From assembly GCA_049296775.1 (NCBI GenBank), contig JBAQTB010000003.1, forward strand, positions 204,766 through 268,765: a stretch of DNA of 64,000 bases, read 5' to 3'. Of the stretch, positions 59,444 to 64,000 are shown one piece after another. Below the pieces are notes generated by a model. That model had not been told where the DNA came from, searched no databases, and worked only from the letters and a program-made list of their open reading frames with translations. Within the stretch, counting starts at the first letter, position 1, and each line of letters begins with the position of its first letter. The position numbers and the translations under genes are program-made. The stretch comes from Patescibacteria group bacterium (lineage in GTDB: Bacteria; Patescibacteriota; Patescibacteriia; UBA9934).

Positions 59444-60274
59444 TTACTCGTTTACCTCAGCTTCTGCCAAATGACTTGGAGCGCCATGATAAATTTTCTT
59501 AGCTTTCTTCAAATTATTCAAGTCGATGTCCGCCACAAACATCTTCTCGTGGTGATGTCTGAGCTCAGCCACAACGCCAAGTACCGGCATGGCGATCTGT
59601 GAATGACCGATCAGAGTATCAACCGAACCGTTGTCGTACTTAGCCGTACCAGCGGCATTACAGTAAATCAGCGCCGCGTTGGCCTCGACCGCTCGAGTTA
59701 AACATAAGGCGTCGAGTAATTGCTCTTCAGAACGCTCATTCAAAGCGCCCATCGCACCGGCGATTTCTCGGTACCAGTAACTAGGGCAATAAATGATCTG
59801 CACACCTTGATCTTTGAGGCGTTGGAAAATCTCTGGAAACAGCATGTCCCAGCAAATAACGATCGCTGCTTTACCAAACTGAGTCTCAAAGACTGGTGCC
59901 TCAGTGCCGGGCGTCAAGAAAGTTTCTGAATGATACAAGTGATTCTTGCGATACTGCCCTAACACCTCCCCCTTAAAATCGATGTAATAACTGGTGTTAA
60001 AATTTCCCTCTGGAGTCCCCTCCATCACTGAACCGGTCACGAGGTCAATACGGTGTTTAGCGGCTAGCTCCTGCCAGCGCCGCATGACAGACTGCGTTTT
60101 ATCTAGCTTTGATTCATCTCCAAAAATCGACCCGGTAATGCAATCCTCAGGAAACACAACCACTTCGGCCTCTTGCGCAATCGAATGCAGAATGAATTTC
60201 TCAATCCGCTCCCAATTCTTCTCAGGATCATTCAGTGCAATCTCAAATTGTATCACCGCGACAGAGAGTTTCAT
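59444..60274 (-). CDS. Carbon-nitrogen hydrolase (nitrilase superfamily)
   Basis: E-K-C triad context (VFPE, catalytic VICWD). Confidence 0.75.
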   Translation of the reverse strand: MKLSVAVIQFEIALNDPEKNWERIEKFILHSIAQEAEVVVFPEDCITGSIFGDESKLDKTQSVMRRWQELAAKHRIDLVTGSVMEGTPEGNFNTSYYIDFKGEVLGQYRKNHLYHSETFLTPGTEAPVFETQFGKAAIVICWDMLFPEIFQRLKDQGVQIIYCPSYWYREIAGAMGALNERSEEQLLDALCLTRAVEANAALIYCNAAGTAKYDNGSVDTLIGHSQIAMPVLGVVAELRHHHEKMFVADIDLNNLKKAKKIYHGAPSHLAEAEVNE

Positions 60275-60301
60275 AATAAGAGGAGATAAAGAGGGGTCGA
60301 G

Positions 60302-62473
60302 CTATAGTTCATCAACATCGCGTAAGAAGCTGCTGGGCATGGGCTTGGCGAGACGTTCGCCGTTAGCGTCTAGCACGATGGTGGGTTCGTCGTCATTGCC
60401 CCAATTCTCACGGACGGTCTTGGAGGGATAACGATTTGAGCCGGAACCATAGTTGGGTTGGGCCCAGCTTGGCAAGGCGGCGCGTAATCGGATAGTTTCA
60501 ATAGCGGCCTTGGGGATCTCATCCAAAAAGGTCGACGGCTGCCTGATCTCGACATTTTCGTAACCACTCGTAATCGGGTAAGTGAAAAATAACTTCTTCC
60601 GAGCCCGAGTCGAAGCTACATAAAACAAGCGGCGCTCCTCCGCCATTTCAGCACTTGAGCCGTATGAACGCGTGTGCGGAAAGGCACCTTCAGCCAAGTT
60701 GATGATAAACACGTTATCCCATTCCAAACCTTTAGCTTGGTGAATAGTCGACAATACCATTTTGTCCTCTGCGGCGCTTGGCATTTGCTGCTGCTCCGTA
60801 TCCATCAACTTCACCCCAAAATCCCCAGTCAAGGTCACGGCGTCCAAAAACATACCAATGTCTTCATACTGTTCCGCGAATAAACCAAACTGTTCCAGAT
60901 CGTCTAATCTATCTCTAAAGTTAGGGTACTCGGCTTCTAGATATTCTTTGTAACTTTCTGAGCCGGCAAAATTACGCAAAGCCGCGGCTGGCCCGTCTGC
61001 TGACAACATGGCTGACAAAATCTTGGTACACCGTTGCCAACCAAGCAGTGCCTTAGCCCCTAGTCTAGGACTTGAATCAACGGCGGCACGGGCAGATTCA
61101 AAAATCGCGGCATGCCCAGCAATCTTGGCAGCCGTGGCCAAACCAACACCCGGGTGAATTTGCAGCGCCCTAATCCACGCCATGCTATCCTTCACGTTTC
61201 TTAAAATTCGCAGATGAGCAATGGAGTCTTTAACGTGGGCACGTTCAAAAAACTTGAGACCACCACGGTAATCATAAGGAATATTCCGTTTCATGAGCTC
61301 AAATTCCACGGCTTGAGAATGAAACGCTGCCCTAAACAAAACCGCAATCTCCGGCAACGGCGTGCCCGTGTTAATCAGTTCCACCACCTGCTCAGCCACA
61401 TATTGCGCTTCTTGCCGCTGATCTGCCGCCGGCACCACCACCGGCAACTCCCCCGCCTTTGACACGGCTACTAGTTCCTTGGAAAATTGCTCTTCGTTAT
61501 TCTTAATCACCTCATTCGCGACATGCAAAATTTCCGGGGTTGAACGATAATTCGTAACCAACCTAAACACCTTGGCACCTGAGTATTGATCTGGAAAATT
61601 TAAAATGTTCTTGATTTCAGCCGCTCTAAACGAATATATACTCTGCGCGTCATCCCCAACAACTAGCAAATTTTTATGCTTACCGGACAATAATTTAACG
61701 ATCTCAGCTTGGATTAAATTAGTGTCTTGGAACTCATCCACAATTACGTACGCAAATTTACTCGACAACTGCTCGCGGACATCCGGTTGTTCCTGGAGTA
61801 ATTTCAACAATACCAATAAAAGATCGTCAAAATCCATGGAACGCTGCTCAATCTTATTCCGCTCATAGCGCTTAAGAATTTCTGTGATCTCAAACGTAAA
61901 ACTAGAAAAGTCAGAATTTTTACGCTCAATCGCTTCATCAAGCGGGATCCTGGCGTTAGCAGCGTAAGACGAGATCGACTTCAAGACCGCTGAACTAGGA
62001 AAACGCTTGCCCATGTCACTGACTTTTTGTTCTTTGATACAGAGCTTCATCAAATCCGTGGCGTCATCTTCATCTAAAATAGAAAAGCCCGAACCAAATT
62101 CAGTCCGGTTGCCGTATTGTCGCAAAAGTCGGTTAGCGACGGAGTGAAACGTACCGGACCACAAACCTTGCGGATAAGTTTTTAACAACCTCTCAACCCG
62201 CATGATCATCTCCTTGGCGGCTTTGTTCGTGAAGGTCAATAACAAAATCTGCTCCGGCGGCACGCCATGCTCCAGCAACCACGCCACACGGTAAGTCACC
62301 GTACGCGTCTTGCCACTCCCCGCTCCAGCCAACACTAAACACGGCCCATCACCGTCCATCACTACCGGCAATTGTTCAGCGTTCAGCTCAGCCTCATAGT
62401 TGATATTTAACTTAGGAGCCTGCGGCGCCGATAAGACGAATTCTTTCATAGTCGAGAGCAGTTTATCATCCAC
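60302..62473 (-). CDS. uvrD: UvrD/PcrA-family ATP-dependent DNA helicase
   Basis: LVLAGAGSGKTRT Walker A, helicase motifs II-VI. Confidence 0.9.
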   Translation of the reverse strand: MDDKLLSTMKEFVLSAPQAPKLNINYEAELNAEQLPVVMDGDGPCLVLAGAGSGKTRTVTYRVAWLLEHGVPPEQILLLTFTNKAAKEMIMRVERLLKTYPQGLWSGTFHSVANRLLRQYGNRTEFGSGFSILDEDDATDLMKLCIKEQKVSDMGKRFPSSAVLKSISSYAANARIPLDEAIERKNSDFSSFTFEITEILKRYERNKIEQRSMDFDDLLLVLLKLLQEQPDVREQLSSKFAYVIVDEFQDTNLIQAEIVKLLSGKHKNLLVVGDDAQSIYSFRAAEIKNILNFPDQYSGAKVFRLVTNYRSTPEILHVANEVIKNNEEQFSKELVAVSKAGELPVVVPAADQRQEAQYVAEQVVELINTGTPLPEIAVLFRAAFHSQAVEFELMKRNIPYDYRGGLKFFERAHVKDSIAHLRILRNVKDSMAWIRALQIHPGVGLATAAKIAGHAAIFESARAAVDSSPRLGAKALLGWQRCTKILSAMLSADGPAAALRNFAGSESYKEYLEAEYPNFRDRLDDLEQFGLFAEQYEDIGMFLDAVTLTGDFGVKLMDTEQQQMPSAAEDKMVLSTIHQAKGLEWDNVFIINLAEGAFPHTRSYGSSAEMAEERRLFYVASTRARKKLFFTYPITSGYENVEIRQPSTFLDEIPKAAIETIRLRAALPSWAQPNYGSGSNRYPSKTVRENWGNDDEPTIVLDANGERLAKPMPSSFLRDVDEL

Positions 62474-62550
62474 ATCTATTCTTGACCAAGTTTACTGGCC
62501 ATGATGAACTATAGCTACGGGTGACAGGCCCAATGGTAACCATTACTTAA

Positions 62551-62589
62551 TACAAACTCCCCAAATTTGGCGGAGTTTGTATTTTTTTA
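62551..62589 (+). terminator. Orphan plus-strand intrinsic terminator (10-bp stem TACAAACTCC/GGAGTTTGTA, palindromic loop, T7) with no annotated upstream plus-strand gene
   Basis: tacaaactccccaaatttggcggagtttgtattttttt. Confidence 0.5.
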
Positions 62590-62605
62590 GACCGGAAGTC
62601 TAATC

Positions 62606-62676
62606 GGACTCGCGGTAAAGGTTTGCCTCATCTGGCCTGTCACCCGATGATGCGGGTTCGAATCCCGCCGAGTCCA
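62606..62676 (+). other. tRNA-like element (perfect acceptor stem and T arm, non-canonical anticodon arm, no encoded CCA) enclosed by an outer 9-bp stem (62592-62600 / 62691-62699)
   Basis: GGACTCG...GCGGG-TTCGAAT-CCCGC-CGAGTCC-A; D arm only 3 bp; no 5-bp anticodon stem with U33/R37 loop could be drawn; outer repeat CCGGAAGTC ... GACTTCCGG. Confidence 0.3.
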
Positions 62677-62755
62677 TAAGGTTAAAAACCGACTTCCGGC
62701 ACCAAACATAACAACGCCATTATGGGTGTTTTTGCGTTTAAAAACCTTATTTTTA

Positions 62756-62784
62756 TTGACAAAAGTCGATTTTTATGCTATTAT
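62756..62784 (+). promoter_or_regulatory. Sigma70-type promoter TTGACA-17-TATTAT (TGn extended -10)
   Basis: TTGACAaaagtcgatttttatgcTATTAT; near-identical upstream half to promoter at 9600. Confidence 0.5.
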
Positions 62785-62825
62785 TCTACGTCGTAGTTCT
62801 TTTCACCTTACCTGCGAGGAAACCC

Positions 62826-63065
62826 ATGGAAATGGAAAACGAAGACCTCATGCCCTTGAGAAAACAGGTGCGAAAAGGGCGTATCACAGCGTGCGCGGCG
62901 CGTCGATTCGGCCGACTGGACCTCGAGAACGTCGCCGTAACCTTCCGGCAAGAAGACGGCTGTGCACGTGACATTATCCGTTGTGACGACGGCCAGGCAA
63001 TTGGCTTCGTCATTATCTACGGAATGGATGGAGTAACCGAACAGCCCCTCGAAGAAATCGGATAA
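62826..63065 (+). CDS. Small hypothetical protein (79 aa; higher-GC cassette gene)
   Basis: ATG at 62826 with RBS GAGGA; ORF-track start 62775 falls inside the promoter; flanked by own promoter and terminator. Confidence 0.5.
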   Translation: MEMENEDLMPLRKQVRKGRITACAARRFGRLDLENVAVTFRQEDGCARDIIRCDDGQAIGFVIIYGMDGVTEQPLEEIG

Positions 63066-63092
63066 TACCGTCTCCGCTACAAAGCAGAACGC

Positions 63093-63126
63093 AACGCCCC
63101 AAGCAACTGCTAGGGGCGTTTTTGAT
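63093..63126 (+). terminator. Intrinsic terminator (AACGCCCC...GGGGCGUU + U-run), convergent with mltG
   Basis: aacgccccaagcaactgctaggggcgtttttg. Confidence 0.65.
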
Positions 63127-64000
63127 TATCGCAGGTATCTAGCCTTGTTACTGACGTGCTCATCGTGGGATTCAGCGTAGTAAATCTCACCGTTATCTGT
63201 GGTCAAGAAATAGAAATACTCATTGTGAATGGGATCTAGCACCGCTTCAATAGCATTAGCACTCGGGGCACTGATCGGGCCGGGCGGCAAACCTGGATAC
63301 TTGTAAGTGTTATACGGTGAATCAGTATTGTCACGCTCATCAAGAGTAATCGAAGGGCTGTCACCACCAGTCACATAATTAACTGTTGAATCAGCCTGCA
63401 ACGCCATGCCAATATCTAGACGCTTCAAGAAAATATCGGCCACATTTTTCATGGTACTCGGCTGACGCACTTCTCGCTCCACAATCGAGGCCAAGGTAAG
63501 GACCTCATGCAAGTTCAAATTGGCAGCATCACCACGCGGCTGCCCCACAGCATTCACGCGCCTAGCCATGGTATCCAACATTACCGTCGCAATGTCCTCA
63601 GCGGTGGCATCAAGTGCAAACCTGTAAGTGTCCGGGAAGAGATAGCCTTCAAGATCAACATCATCCGGCTTGCCAGCAGCTACCACAAACTCATGACTCT
63701 CTAAAGGTGAAAATTGTCCAGTCACCGTAACCCAGTCTTCTGTGGTCACCAAACCTTTAGCAACTAAAACTTCCGCCATTTGCTTTAGGGTATAGCCCTC
63801 TGGAATAGTGACCTTAATATCTGCCTCAGTGGTACCGGCGGTCAATTTGGCTAAAATCTTTTTGTAACTCTCACCCGGCAACAAAGTGTAACTACCAACT
63901 TGTAAATTATCTGTTAGTCCAGAAAATTCAGCCATCACCCTAAAACCAGCCGCTGAACCAATCAAATTCTGCTCCGATAATGACTCAGCGACAGCTGCAA
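63126..64000 (-). CDS. mltG: Endolytic murein transglycosylase MltG (YceG-like), N-terminus beyond right edge of window
   Basis: YceG-like domain motifs (TIPEGYTLKQMAEVL, LASIVEREV, PYNTYKYPGLPPGPI). Confidence 0.8.
   Translation of the reverse strand, partial: AAVAESLSEQNLIGSAAGFRVMAEFSGLTDNLQVGSYTLLPGESYKKILAKLTAGTTEADIKVTIPEGYTLKQMAEVLVAKGLVTTEDWVTVTGQFSPLESHEFVVAAGKPDDVDLEGYLFPDTYRFALDATAEDIATVMLDTMARRVNAVGQPRGDAANLNLHEVLTLASIVEREVRQPSTMKNVADIFLKRLDIGMALQADSTVNYVTGGDSPSITLDERDNTDSPYNTYKYPGLPPGPISAPSANAIEAVLDPIHNEYFYFLTTDNGEIYYAESHDEHVSNKARYLR

Noticed and set aside
62606-62676. Calling this a canonical tRNA (for example Asp-GUC or Thr-UGU)
   Set aside because: By straight numbering the loop CUGUCAC would give GUC with U33/A37, but the flanking bases do not form an anticodon stem. 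The alternative 7-bp stem has a U-C mismatch and loop CCUGUCA with C33/C37. The D stem is 3 bp and no CCA is encoded. I report it as tRNA-like only.

Overview
This 64-kb window is a bacterial chromosome at roughly 50% GC (judged by eye). Most of it is housekeeping genes on the minus strand.

Recognised genes:
- murJ (partial at the left edge)
- a surface protein with thrombospondin-type-3 Ca-binding repeats and a PKD domain
- a PduL-like acyltransferase
- a GT2 glycosyltransferase
- SpoU-family and m5U RNA methyltransferases
- uppS
- era
- a beta-CASP (RNase J-like) nuclease
- a tRNA-dihydrouridine synthase
- a RimK-like ATP-grasp ligase
- a riboflavin kinase
- a HIT protein
- dnaX
- a VirD4/TraG-like coupling ATPase
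- cysS
- an ECF sigma factor with a putative anti-sigma factor
- the hrcA-grpE-dnaK-[3 small ORFs]-dnaJ heat-shock cluster, with a CIRCE operator embedded in its promoter
- Kef-type and NhaP-type cation/proton antiporters
- msrB
- murF
- an FtsI-like PBP
- class I RNR nrdA-nrdB
- a DEDD exonuclease
- an Lpd-like flavoprotein
- a LOG-family protein
- a UDP-glucose dehydrogenase
- malic enzyme
- a CN-hydrolase
- uvrD/pcrA
- mltG (partial at the right edge)

There are two canonical tRNAs, Arg-CCG and Gln-CUG. Many proteins are short for their families, which is compatible with a reduced genome (possibly CPR/Patescibacteria-like), but the lineage cannot be established from sequence alone.

The most unusual content:
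1. Two paralogous conserved structured non-coding elements of about 260-290 nt, at about 9.2 kb and 26.6-26.9 kb. They share several identical blocks and helices with compensatory changes, and in minus-strand sense each lies upstream of a cysteine/thiol-related gene (cysS; a CPHC thioredoxin-fold gene). The 9.2-kb copy is flanked by 19-bp direct repeats.
2. Seven single-gene cassettes coding for hypothetical proteins with visibly higher GC and C-ending codons. Each has its own near-consensus sigma70 promoter (TTGACA/C-17-TAxxxT) and its own intrinsic terminator, and sits between core genes. Two of the promoters share an extended identical motif (TTGACAAAWAGTCGATTTT).
3. Three small ORFs, including a 62-aa peptide with three CC pairs, inserted between dnaK and dnaJ.
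4. A non-canonical tRNA-like element (perfect acceptor and T arms, aberrant anticodon arm) enclosed in a larger stem, next to an orphan terminator and one of the cassettes.
5. A roughly 430-bp apparently non-coding region ending in a strong terminator downstream of uppS.

No CRISPR array, rRNA or recognisable transposase was seen.
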